A stretch of 64,000 nt of DNA from an uncultured Planctomycetota bacterium (lineage in GTDB: Bacteria > Planctomycetota > Planctomycetia > Isosphaerales > Isosphaeraceae), in NCBI GenBank assembly GCA_963823665.1, contig CAWGMQ010000010.1:1664001-1728000 (forward strand), written 5' to 3'. The notes beneath the pieces were generated by a model. It did no database searches, was not told where the DNA came from, and saw only the letters and a list, made by a program, of their open reading frames with translations. The position numbers were made by a program, and so were the translations under genes. The first letter of the stretch is position 1. Each line of letters begins with the position of its first letter. Positions 20,501 to 29,941 of this stretch are shown here, in pieces.

Positions 20501-23500
20501 GAGTATCTGGAGTCGCGACTTTTCGACGCCGCGCCCGACGAGCTACTCGTCCTGAGGGATTCCCTTCGACCCTATCAGTCCAGGCTGCCCCCGAAACTGT
20601 GGCCCATACTCGCAGAAGCCAAGGCCGGCGATCCCAGGTTACTTCCGACCGCCGGCGCCCTCGCCCTGTACGACCCTGACAATCCTCGATGGGACAACCT
20701 GGGTCGCGAGGTGGCTCAGGCACTCGTGACGGTGAATTCCGTCGACCTCGGCCCTTGGCTCCATGTCCTTCGTCCCGTGCGCGGCAAGCTGACAGCACCA
20801 ATCGCGGCCATCTTCCGGAATAAAAAGAGTTCCGAGTCCGTACAGTCGCTGGCGACCGACATCCTCGTCGACTACGCCAGCGATGAACCCGAGCAGCTTG
20901 CCGAGCTGCTGATGGTTTCCGATCCCAAGGCGTTTGCGAAGCTCTTCACGGTGGCCGAGCGCCAGGCAGCGCGAACGATGCCCGTGTTCCTGGCCGAGAT
21001 CGCCAAGAAGGCGACCTTCAACTGGAACGACCGGCCGCTCGAACCCCCCTGGACGAAACCCGATCCGACGTTGGTGCGTCAAATCGAAACGGCGCAGGGC
21101 GTGCTTGCCGAGCGATTTGCGCTCTGCCAGACGATGCCGCTCGAGGATTTCCGCAGGATCGTCGAGAGTCTGCGAACCTTGGGCTATCGCCCCACTCGGT
21201 TTCGACCGTTTGCCGATCGGCAGGCCGTGAAGGTCGCGGCGGTCTGGACGCGCGACGCTCGGAAGTGGCGGGTCGCGTCAGGCCTGACCGCCGAGCAGGT
21301 TCGCCAGCAGGACGAGACGAACCGGAATGCGAAGTTCCTCCCCACGGACATCGCCGGCTACTTGACAACCGATGCCGGAAAACTTGCAAACCAATACGCT
21401 GTGCTCTGGGTCGAGCAAGCCGGCGGCGACGACGCCCGGCTCTTTGCCGGGGCGGCCGACGACGAGTTGGCCGACCTCCAGAAGCCCTTGGAAGACGCCA
21501 AGCTCATCCCCCGCACGCTGCACGCCCTGCGCGGGCCCGACGGTCGCCTACGATACTGCGGCGTCTGGGGCAAGCCCCCTTCCGCCGCCGTCAGCGCCCA
21601 GGAGTACCGCGACCTTTTCGAGGGGAACCTCACCGTGGATCTGGTGAATATGAGCGACCAGTTGGTCCTCGATGTAGCGGTCAGCGAGGCGGGCAAGCCG
21701 CAAACAACGCGCGAGCTTGCCCAGGCCGCCCGGCAGCGTGCGGACAAGAAACTCGAGACCACGCCCGACGATCCCGACACCTGCCAAGCCCGGGCTGTGG
21801 CGAGCTTCCGTCTGGGAGAGAATCAAAAGGCACTCGATGACCTTCAGGTCGTGATCGGCAAAAACCCGGAAGCCGCCACCGCCAAAGAGTACAGGGTCAT
21901 CGTCCTCGCCCGGCTCGGGAAGAAGCAAGACGCCCTGACCGAACTGGCAAAGTTCCGGAATGGAGTCGACCCGGAGCGTAGCAAGCTCAGCCTGGCCGCC
22001 GTCGCGGCCGCCGAGATCGGCGAAGGGGCCGACAAGGCACTGGAGGTCCTGGACGCGGCGCTCAAGAAGCAGCCAAAGGATTCGGAGCTCAGGTATGACG
22101 CTGCCCGTGCCTTCGCTCTGGCCTCGCAAGCCGTTGCCAAGCAAAACCAGGCCAGGGGTCGCCAACTGGCGGAGCGATCCCTTCTATTGCTCCAGGAAGC
22201 GCTGAAGGACGGTGGTGCCGATTTCGGCAAGATGGACGTCGACCCGGCCCTCGACCCAGTCCGTGATGACCCGGCGTTCGCCGAGGTCATGAAGGCCGGC
22301 CACCCCGATCGCCGCTATTCGGCCGTCTGGTCTGGTGATGCACGGTTCGACTCAACGCAAAGCCACGGTCTCGACCCCGCCGCCCACTTGCGGCGCTGCC
22401 ACGAGCTGATCGCCCAAGGATACCGGCCGGTCTCCAGTGTCCACCGCACGGACCTTCCCCGATGGCCCGATGGTGACGGCCTCGGTCTGGCATCGCCCCT
22501 CCGTGAGCGAGCAGGTCAAGGACGATCTGGCCGAGCGGCAGGCACGGGCTGCGGCGGCCCTGGTCCGGCTGGGCCAAGCCGATCAAGTCTGGCCCTTGCT
22601 GGTGCACAGCCCCGATCCGCGGCTGCGCAGCTTCATCGTCAACTGGCTGAAACCTCTGGGAGCCGAAGCCGGCGTCATCGCCGCCGAATTCGACCGCGTG
22701 GATAAAGCTGGGCGCGGGTCGGACAAAGTTGGGCGCGGGTCTCCAGACCCCGCCGAGGAGCCAGACCGAAGGTCTTCTGCCCCTGGACGAACCGCCGAAT
22801 CGGGGAGACCTTCGGTCCCGGGGAGGGCGGGGTCTGGAGACCCGCGCCCAACGCCCGGCACCGGGTCCGGAGACCCACGCCCGACAGTCGACCGTGCCAC
22901 AGACTTGATGGAAACGATTCTCTTCGACCCCAACAGCTCGATCCGACGCGCGCTCATCCTGACGCTCGGGACCTACGACAATGACGGGCTCTCCCTCGGC
23001 GAGCGTGATGCCATGATCGCCAAGCTGCTCGACCTCTACCAAGTCGACCCCGACGCCGGCATCCACGGTGCGGCGGAGTGGACGCTGCGGCAATGGAAGC
23101 AAGAAGAAAAGCTGAAGGCTGTCCAGGCCGAGCTGACCAAGCTCAAGGACAAAGGCAACGGCCCCCGCCGTTGGATCGTCAACAGCCAGGGCCAGACATT
23201 CGCCGTGATCGACGGCCCCGTCGAGTTCCGCATGGGCTCCCCGCCCGATGAGCCCGATCGGAATCCCGACGAGACGCCCCGTGCCCAGGTCATCTCCCGT
23301 CGGTTCGCGATCGGCTTCAAGGAGGTGACCGTCGAGCAGTACGAACGGTTCGTTCAGAGCGGAAACCAGGAATTCGGTCGCCCGAGGAGCGACCTGGACA
23401 AGTTCAGCCCCGATCCTAGCGGTCCCATGATTGGGGTGACTTGGTTTGGCGCGGCGGCCTACTGCAACTGGCTCAACAAGCAGGAAGGCCTGCCCGAGGA

Positions 23501-23978
23501 CCAGTGGTGCTACCTGCCCAACGACCAGCAAAAGTATGACGCGGGGATGAAGATCCCCGCCGACGCCCTCAAGCGGACAGGCTACCGCCTGCCCGCCGAG
23601 GCCGAATGGGAATACGCCTGCCGCGCGGGCACGGTCACGAGCCGGTATCATGGTCTCTCGCTCCGACTACTCGAGGCTTATGCCCAGTATGCGGGCAACA
23701 GCAAGGTGCATGCATGGCCCGGCGGGACTCTGCTGCCCAATGACCTGGGCCTGTTCGACATGCTTGGGAACGTGACTGAATGGTGCCAGGAACGTTACGC
23801 GAACCATCAGCCTGGAGTAGTCGAATCAGTAAGTGATGATATACGCAACAAACGTCTGCTTCGGGGCGGGTGTTTCATCTATCTTCCGGCGGTCGTCCGC
23901 TCGGCGCACCGGGCCGGGGTCGCCCCGTCGAGCCCCGGCGCGGGCTACGGTTTCCGTCCCGCCAGGACTTACCACTGA
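17513..23978 (+). CDS. Ser/Thr kinase - nSTAND NTPase - tandem 'AAVW' repeats - TPR - FGE-sulfatase (SUMF1, C-type lectin fold) protein, ~2150 aa; frameshift near 22437
   Basis: GQGGFGRVY, HRDIKPAN, DFG; Walker A GPSGCGKSS and Walker B LLLVLDQFEQ; TPRs; FRMGSP, YRLPAEAEWEYACRAG, DMLGNVTEW, GFRPART. Confidence 0.88.
22728..22852. repeat. 125-bp palindromic element inside the coding sequence
   Basis: Perfect 27-bp arms 22728-22754 / 22826-22852 plus inner 12-bp arms 22764-22775 / 22806-22817. Confidence 0.9.
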
Positions 23979-24179
23979 TCCTCTTTACGACTTTACCACT
24001 ACCGCCGAGTGGTATATCCTGAACTGACACGAATGACACGGTAATAGCCGCCGAGCCACGTCCAGTAAGGCGTCACGTGCTTCGTGAGGTGGATCGGCCA
24101 GTAGGCGCTTCCGGGCCTAGCAGTCGTTGCGTGTGTCGGGGGAAACCGCAGGCTGGTCTTGCAGGACGAGAAGGGAGCA

Positions 24180-24496
24180 CCGCCGGGACCGCGCGGTTCT
24201 GGGATGCCGCCACCGGAAAGCCGATCGGGTCATCGCTCGTGCATCAAGGCCCGGTCCGTGCCGTGGCCTTCGGTCCCGATGGCAGGACGCTTCTCACGGG
24301 GAGCGCCGACGGCACGGCGCGGCTCCGGGATGTGCCAGATCCCGTCGAAGGGGACGTGGAACGAATCGAGTGCTGGATTCAATTCCTGACCGGCCTGGAA
24401 TTCGACGACTACGACGCGATCCGACCGATGGACACCGCCGCCTGGCGTGAGAACCGCCGACGTCTGGATGACCTGGGTGGCCCGCCCAAGCCGTGA
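24180..24496 (+). pseudogene. C-terminal fragment of a WD40-repeat protein (kinase tail)
   Basis: GTARFWDAATGKPIG...HQGPVRAVAFGPDGRTLLTGSADGTARL.D...WIQFLTGLE...LGGPP; no credible N-terminus. Confidence 0.75.
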
Positions 24497-24581
24497 AGTG
24501 CTGGGACGCCGGGCGACGGGTGTGACGGTCTGCCCGGCCGTCGGGGAGACTGGCGGATCGGTTCCTGGCACCTTATCCGGT

Positions 24582-25185
24582 TTAGAACATGACCTCGCGC
24601 AACACCCCCGAGACGAGGCGGTTCCAGCGCCGGCCCCAGAAGTCGCCGAGCGAGGTCGCGGCAATGGGACAGTCCCAGAGCTTCTCGACCGCGAAGCCCA
24701 TCGCCCGGAAGATCAGCACATAGAAGTCGAACCGCGCGATGAGGCTAAAGAAGGTGATGCCCACCAGGCCGATTCAGAACCGGACCGGAAAGGGGGTCGC
24801 GGCCGGCAGCAGGCGCGGCACGAGCCAGAGGAGGGCCGCGCCAGTGGCCATGTTCAGCAGGAACCCGCGCACCGTCGGAACCGGGGCCCCGGCGCGCGGT
24901 CTGCTGACCCTTGAGGAATTGCGTCGGCTGCATCCCCAACCAGACGCAGTAGGCCAGAAACCTCAAGAGGGTGAACCGAGCCCACGCCTCGGACGGCAGG
25001 CAGAGCAGCGAGGCCGCCTTCCACGAGACGCCGAGGATCAGGAGCTGTCCGATATTGAACGTCCTCGTCCCCAGCCAGGGCCGGCAGCACCAGAAGCCGG
25101 CCAGACCGTCGGTCATCAGGGCCCAGGCCAGGATGTACCGGTACAACGGGGCGGGATGCTGCGTCGATTGCATGGTCGGTCGCAC
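24582..25185 (-). pseudogene. Frameshifted, 3'-truncated copy of the MBOAT gene
   Basis: 24583-25244 aligns with 721-1381; frameshift near 24893; lacks the His-containing C-terminal third. Confidence 0.9.
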
Positions 25186-25265
25186 TCGTCCTCAGGTGTC
25201 CGTCGTCCCGTTGTAACCGAGCCGGCGGGACGAAGCGAGGGGATCTCCGACACCCACCCTTTGCG

Positions 25266-25388
25266 GAGCGTCGGGCACTCGCCTTATGCGTGCTGGAAAT
25301 GACCGGAGGCCGTGGTTTTGCGCCGAACGTGCGAGCCGCGAATGAAACGATGCGGGGGACCATGACAAAAGGATGGGTGTCTGGAATC
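25266..25388. repeat. Dispersed repeat R, copy 2
   Basis: Colinear with 111-233. Confidence 0.85.
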
Positions 25389-25652
25389 CCCTAGTAATCG
25401 AAGTGTCATGGAGGCTTGCTGTCGCACGCCGGCGTCGACATCGTTGAGTAAAGGGGTCAAGAACGGGGCGAGGTGTGGACCCCGGTTGGAGCATTGACGC
25501 AAAGCCGCCGTCGATGCCGCACGCACTCCTGCATCCGAATGCGTCAATCGCTTGACCAATTCCTCGGTCCCATTCACTGCGAATCTTGCGAATGCGAACG
25601 CGCCCTGAAAACGCAAACTGGATCGTGGCCTCACTCGTGGCGGCGCGGACAT
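25284..25652 (-). pseudogene. HEAT-repeat protein fragment
   Basis: LVKRLTHSDAGVRAASTAAL...LTPLLNDVDAGVRQQASMTLRLLG. Confidence 0.55.
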
Positions 25653-25875
25653 GTCGGTTGACGCCCGCCGGCGGGTTGGGTGAATGTCGCCAACGAACCC
25701 AGAGGCTCGCGGACTGGAGGGACACCCTGGACGCGGGGGTCGCGTTGGGTGTTTTTTTGCGTTTTTTGGCCGCGGCGCGCAGGACGGAAACTGGGGACGG
25801 AAACTGGGACGGGGACGGAAACTGGGACGCGATTAGTATTGAGGGAAGCGTTCAGTTCTGTGAGCGGATGTTGTC

Positions 25876-26046
25876 ATGCCAAGTACAGCGAGAGTGGCAC
25901 CTGGGGGCTTTGTTTATCACGTCCTGAACCGATCCGTCGGCTTGATGCATATGTTTCGCAAGGAGTCCGACTTTGAGGCGTTCGAGCGTGTGATGGTTGA
26001 GGCTCACCTGCGGCGACCCATTCGTATTCTGTCGTATTGCATGTCG
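25876..26046 (+). mobile_element. Truncated REP-associated tyrosine transposase (RAYT, Y1_Tnp / IS200-like)
   Basis: MPSTARVAPGGFVYHVLNRSVG...FRKESDFEAFERV...IRILSYCMS; breaks off just before the expected NHxH (HUH) motif. ggacggaaactggg x3 upstream (25782-25830). Confidence 0.8.
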
Positions 26047-26272
26047 GAGCAATGCATGGGCAGAGAAATTTCGCTCGAATTGGACGAATCCCACATGTTT
26101 TGCGCAAAAAAATCGGGGCGTTTGTAGATCATCTAGGGTAGAGGCCAAGAGTACCGTCATTTTTTATGTCAAACGGAACTGGATCGCCTTGAGGCATTTT
26201 CACTCGAAAGCTTGCTTGATTGGGCGGCGACAACGGGGGCCGGCGGCTTCCGTGTGCGCTGGGCGGCCCATC

Positions 26273-26328
26273 AGTAGGAGTAGAAATACGAGTACGAGTA
26301 CAAGTACGAGGACGAGTATGAGCAGGAG
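26273..26328. repeat. Degenerate hexamer tandem repeat (GAGTAC)n
   Basis: agtaggagtagaaatacgagtacgagtacaagtacgaggacgagtatgagcaggag. Confidence 0.75.
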
Positions 26329-26843
26329 AGGGAGTATGCCTTTCGCGTGCCGCCGGGCGCCCCTCGGCCGGCTGCGGCGGCACCTCCCTGACGGGAGATA
26401 TACAGTACTGTACGGATGCTTTGACTCGGCCCAAACGCGCCATTTTGCGCCGATTTTGCGCCACTCTTCGCGGGGGGCGGCGGCTGTTGGGGTCGTTCCG
26501 CATACCGTTGTGATACAAGAGGATCGGAAGTCGGCGACGGGCTTTTTGGCTCGTCGGCTACGCCGTGGCGCGGGTTGCATCAAAGCGCCACATTTGATCG
26601 GGGGTCTTGTTCACTATGCTTGACCGACGTTGCTTCAAAGGAATCTCTGGCTCGATTGCGCGGGACACCGGTCTGATGAAAAGCGGTCTGGAATGGCGAA
26701 ATCCCGTGTCGACGATTCGGCGTTTTCTGTTGCGCGACGGTTCAGTCTCGATCGCTGACACCGGAGTCGGCGCGAGGCTCCACCCCAACGGCACGCAGAA
26801 TGTAGGGGTGTGTGAACACGACCGGACGTCAGTGTACATGGAT

Positions 26844-26865
26844 GGTGGGTTGCACCCACCCTACG
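26844..26865 (-). repeat. GTAG-type REP (identical inverted copy at 48306-48327)
   Basis: Reverse complement = cgtagggtgggtgcaacccacc. Confidence 0.85.
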
Positions 26866-27106
26866 AAGAAACCGCCAGGCCCGATGAGTCGGCGCGCGGG
26901 AACAACCATGTCTATGGAACATCGTGCGGGCGAGGAAAGGTTCGAGTTTGACCCGTGGCTCGCGGTCAAAAGTGCGCGCGTTCGTTCCCGTAAGCCTTGT
27001 GGCGTAAGGACGCGCGACAAATCTACAAAACGAAATCCTCCCTGGTCGAAGCCCGAAAAATGGACCCACCAGGAGTTGGATTCAGTGCCAATATATAGAA
27101 CCCGGA

Positions 27107-27296
27107 GTTCCGAATATTCCATCGTCACGCCATAACTTTAGTCACCATGGGATTTTACGTCTGAAATCGCCAGTGTTCCGAATATTCCATCGTCACGCCC
27201 TAAATACCGGCCGAACAGTTGTTTACGACGATAAACCCCGGGTTCCGATTATTCCATCGTCACACTTAAGTCCAATCGTGGTAAGGACGTGACGCC
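27107..27296. repeat. Three-unit array with a 25-bp conserved block at 68/67-bp period
   Basis: gttccgaatattccatcgtcacgcc at 27107 and 27175; gttccgattattccatcgtcacac at 27242. Confidence 0.85.
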
Positions 27297-27565
27297 AAAC
27301 GGTGGTTTTGAGGTTGGCGAAGTCGTGGTTCCACTCTCCGTGGGGGTGGGCGATCACGTTTTGCACTACAGGAGTTGGCTCCCTGCGTTGTGATGTCAGA
27401 ATTGGAGCGTTGATTGCTGGATCGTCGCGCGTCAGCTTGTCGATCGCTGTGGGAGAGCGACGATTCGCGAAACGGGCGGCCCGCCCGAAAAGGAGTGCTG
27501 GTTTCGACCGGGCTGGCCGATTATCCTGGCTCGAAGCCAAAGGACCTGGAATTCTCCCTTTGCGA

Positions 27566-28747
27566 ATGAGCATCTCCAAACTGACGCTCTACAAGGTTGC
27601 TGTACCGCTAAAACGCGCTGTGCGGCATGCTTCCTTTGCCCGAACCGAGAGCGAAAATCTGGTCGTGCGGGCGACGCTTTCCGACGGCACCACTGGATTT
27701 GGCGAAGGGGTTCCGCGACCGTATGTCACGGGTGAGACCGTCGAGTCGACGTTTAGGGACCTCGCGGCCGGCGACTGGGCGCGCAGCATGGGCCAACCCG
27801 CTAGCTTTGCGGAAGTCGTCGAGCGATTGGAGGTGCTCACCCTGCCGCGCATCGAGTCAGACCCGCGCGGAATGGCGGGCAACGCGGCGCGGTGTGCTCT
27901 CGAGTTGGCCATTCTCGACGCTTACGGCCGGCGGTTCGGCGAGTCACTGGGCCGGGCCGTCGAGCTGTCGCGAGCAACTGGATTGGCGCGGTTCGGCAAG
28001 CCCCGCGGCGTTCGTTACAGCGGAGCGATCACGGCCGAATCCAAGCGCGCCGAGCGGATCTCTGCCTGGAAGATTTGGATTTATGGATTCCGGCAAGTGA
28101 AAATCAAAGTCGGGACGAAGGGCCAGGATGACCCGGCGCGACTGGCTCGGCTCAGGCAGATTCTCGGCCGGCGCATGGATATCCGGCTCGACGCGAATGA
28201 AGCCTGGCCGGCGGCAGAGCTGCTCGACCGCGTGGCGGCGCTCGTGCGATTTGGCCCGACTGCCCTCGAGCAGCCCGTGCCACATTCCGAGGTCGAGTCG
28301 CTGGCAGAGCTTCGGCCCCGGTTGGGCATCCCGGTGATGCTGGATGAGTCGCTCTGCGGGTATCCCGACGCGGTGGCGGCCGTCGAGCGCCGGACTGCCG
28401 ACCTCTTCAACGTTCGGCTCTCGAAGTGCGGCGGGATTCTGCCTTCGCTGCGGATCATCGCGCTGGCGCAGAGCAAGGGATTGGGCGTTCAGCTTGGTTG
28501 TCACCCGGGCGAGACGTCGTTGCTCTCGGCGGCGGGGCGGCATGTTGCCTCGCGAGTTTCTGGCCTGCGCTATGTCGAAGGCTCGTACGATCGGCATATC
28601 CTGAGGTCGAATGTGACCACGCGAGATGTGACTTTTGGATATGGCGGGCGGGCGCGGGCGATTGTCGGGCCCGGACTCGGCGTTCTAGTCGATCCGTCCG
28701 CGCTGGAGTCGATGACGGTTGAGAGCCGAGAGATTTGCTATGAGTGA
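27566..28747 (+). CDS. Enolase-superfamily dipeptide epimerase / muconate cycloisomerase-like enzyme
   Basis: GFGEGVPRPYVTGET, VKIKVG, RLDANEAW, LEQP, MLDES, RLSKCGG. Confidence 0.88.
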   Translation: MSISKLTLYKVAVPLKRAVRHASFARTESENLVVRATLSDGTTGFGEGVPRPYVTGETVESTFRDLAAGDWARSMGQPASFAEVVERLEVLTLPRIESDPRGMAGNAARCALELAILDAYGRRFGESLGRAVELSRATGLARFGKPRGVRYSGAITAESKRAERISAWKIWIYGFRQVKIKVGTKGQDDPARLARLRQILGRRMDIRLDANEAWPAAELLDRVAALVRFGPTALEQPVPHSEVESLAELRPRLGIPVMLDESLCGYPDAVAAVERRTADLFNVRLSKCGGILPSLRIIALAQSKGLGVQLGCHPGETSLLSAAGRHVASRVSGLRYVEGSYDRHILRSNVTTRDVTFGYGGRARAIVGPGLGVLVDPSALESMTVESREICYE

Positions 28748-29636
28748 ACGAGGTCCCGAAATTCGTTCGTTCGTGGCGTCCGACGGCTATCCGCTGCACG
28801 TCGCACTTTGGCCTGCGGAGATCCCGCCGCGCGGGCACGTGGTGGTTCTGCATGGGGTGCAGAGTCACGGTGGGTGGTATCACCGGCTGGGGCGGACGCT
28901 TTCGTCGGCGGGGTACGTCGTGTCGTTCCCGGACCGGCGAGGCTCCGGCGCCAATTCACGTGATCGGGGTCACACGCCGTCGGCTCGCCGGCTGATTCGT
29001 GACTTGATGGAGTGGATTCAACAGGTGCGCAGCGAGCAGCCGGGAACTCCTGTCGCCGTGGCCGGGATCAGTTGGGGCGGAAAGCTCGCGGTGATTCTGG
29101 CGGCCTGGCATCCCGCGCTGGTCGATGCCCTCGCACTGATCTGCCCGGGCTTGCATCCACGAGTTGGTGTGACGGCCGGGGAGCGGCTGAAGATTGCCTG
29201 GGCTTTGATGACGAATCGAAAGAAAACGTTCCCGATCCCGTTGTCGGACCCGGCGCTGTTCACGGATAGCCCCGAGGGCCAAGCATTCATCGCGGCCGAC
29301 CCGCTGTCTTTGCACGAGGCGACGGCCGGCTTGCTGGCTGCGAGTGTGTTGATCGACCGGCTGGTCGCGCGAACCCCGTCGCGGATCAAGCAGTCTGCGC
29401 TCTTGATGCAGGCGGGGCGCGATCGGATTATTGATAATGAGCGTACGCTCGCGTTTTTCAAACGGCTGGCGGCGAGCGACACAAGGGTGATTGACTATCC
29501 CGAGGGCCATCATACGCTGGAGTTCGACCCGGATCCCGACCGTTATGCGCGGGATCTCATTGCGTGGCTTGATCGTCATCTTGAGAGGCGGGAAAAACGG
29601 TCAGGAGCAGAAGATCATGGAACCGACCAAACGTGA
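28740..29636 (+). CDS. Alpha/beta hydrolase (lysophospholipase / Hydrolase_4-like)
   Basis: VLHGVQSHGGWY, DRRGSG, GISWGG nucleophile elbow, D-RII-D, HHTLEF. Confidence 0.88.
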   Translation: MSERGPEIRSFVASDGYPLHVALWPAEIPPRGHVVVLHGVQSHGGWYHRLGRTLSSAGYVVSFPDRRGSGANSRDRGHTPSARRLIRDLMEWIQQVRSEQPGTPVAVAGISWGGKLAVILAAWHPALVDALALICPGLHPRVGVTAGERLKIAWALMTNRKKTFPIPLSDPALFTDSPEGQAFIAADPLSLHEATAGLLAASVLIDRLVARTPSRIKQSALLMQAGRDRIIDNERTLAFFKRLAASDTRVIDYPEGHHTLEFDPDPDRYARDLIAWLDRHLERREKRSGAEDHGTDQT

Positions 29637-29814
29637 GCTGCGGCAATTGAAGCGGGAAGTGAAGCGCGAGGGGAGCCAGCGCCGCCGCCGCCAGTGGAAG
29701 CGGGACCTACGCGAGAACCCGGAAGAGGCGCCGTTCTCAGAAGAGGATTTCGGCCGCTGTTCCACGGCGCCCTTGAACGGGATCGATCAGGACAACACAC
29801 GCAGGCGCTCGTGA
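29617..29814 (+). CDS. Small basic hypothetical protein (65 aa)
   Basis: RBS aggag upstream; overlaps the hydrolase stop; MEPTKRELRQLKREVKREG...LRENPEEA. Confidence 0.65.
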   Translation: MEPTKRELRQLKREVKREGSQRRRRQWKRDLRENPEEAPFSEEDFGRCSTAPLNGIDQDNTRRRS

Positions 29815-29941
29815 CCAGGCCGATCGTGCTCCAGACGATCAAGGGATGCCGGTCGCGACGACGATCAGGAATATGCCCTCCGCCAATTGAAGCTGCCCGA
29901 GTGAACTGCGTTCGGTTCGGTCGTGACTAAGGGGGAAATCC

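Noticed and set aside
22430..22445. Programmed frameshift yielding kinase isoforms with or without FGE
   Set aside because: No slippery heptamer; similar indels occur throughout the window
23853..25800. Complete DGR in this window
   Set aside because: No reverse transcriptase, Avd or AAC-rich template repeat found
27107..27266. Bona fide CRISPR array
   Set aside because: Only three units, intervals share motifs with each other, and no cas genes in the window; kept as an unexplained array
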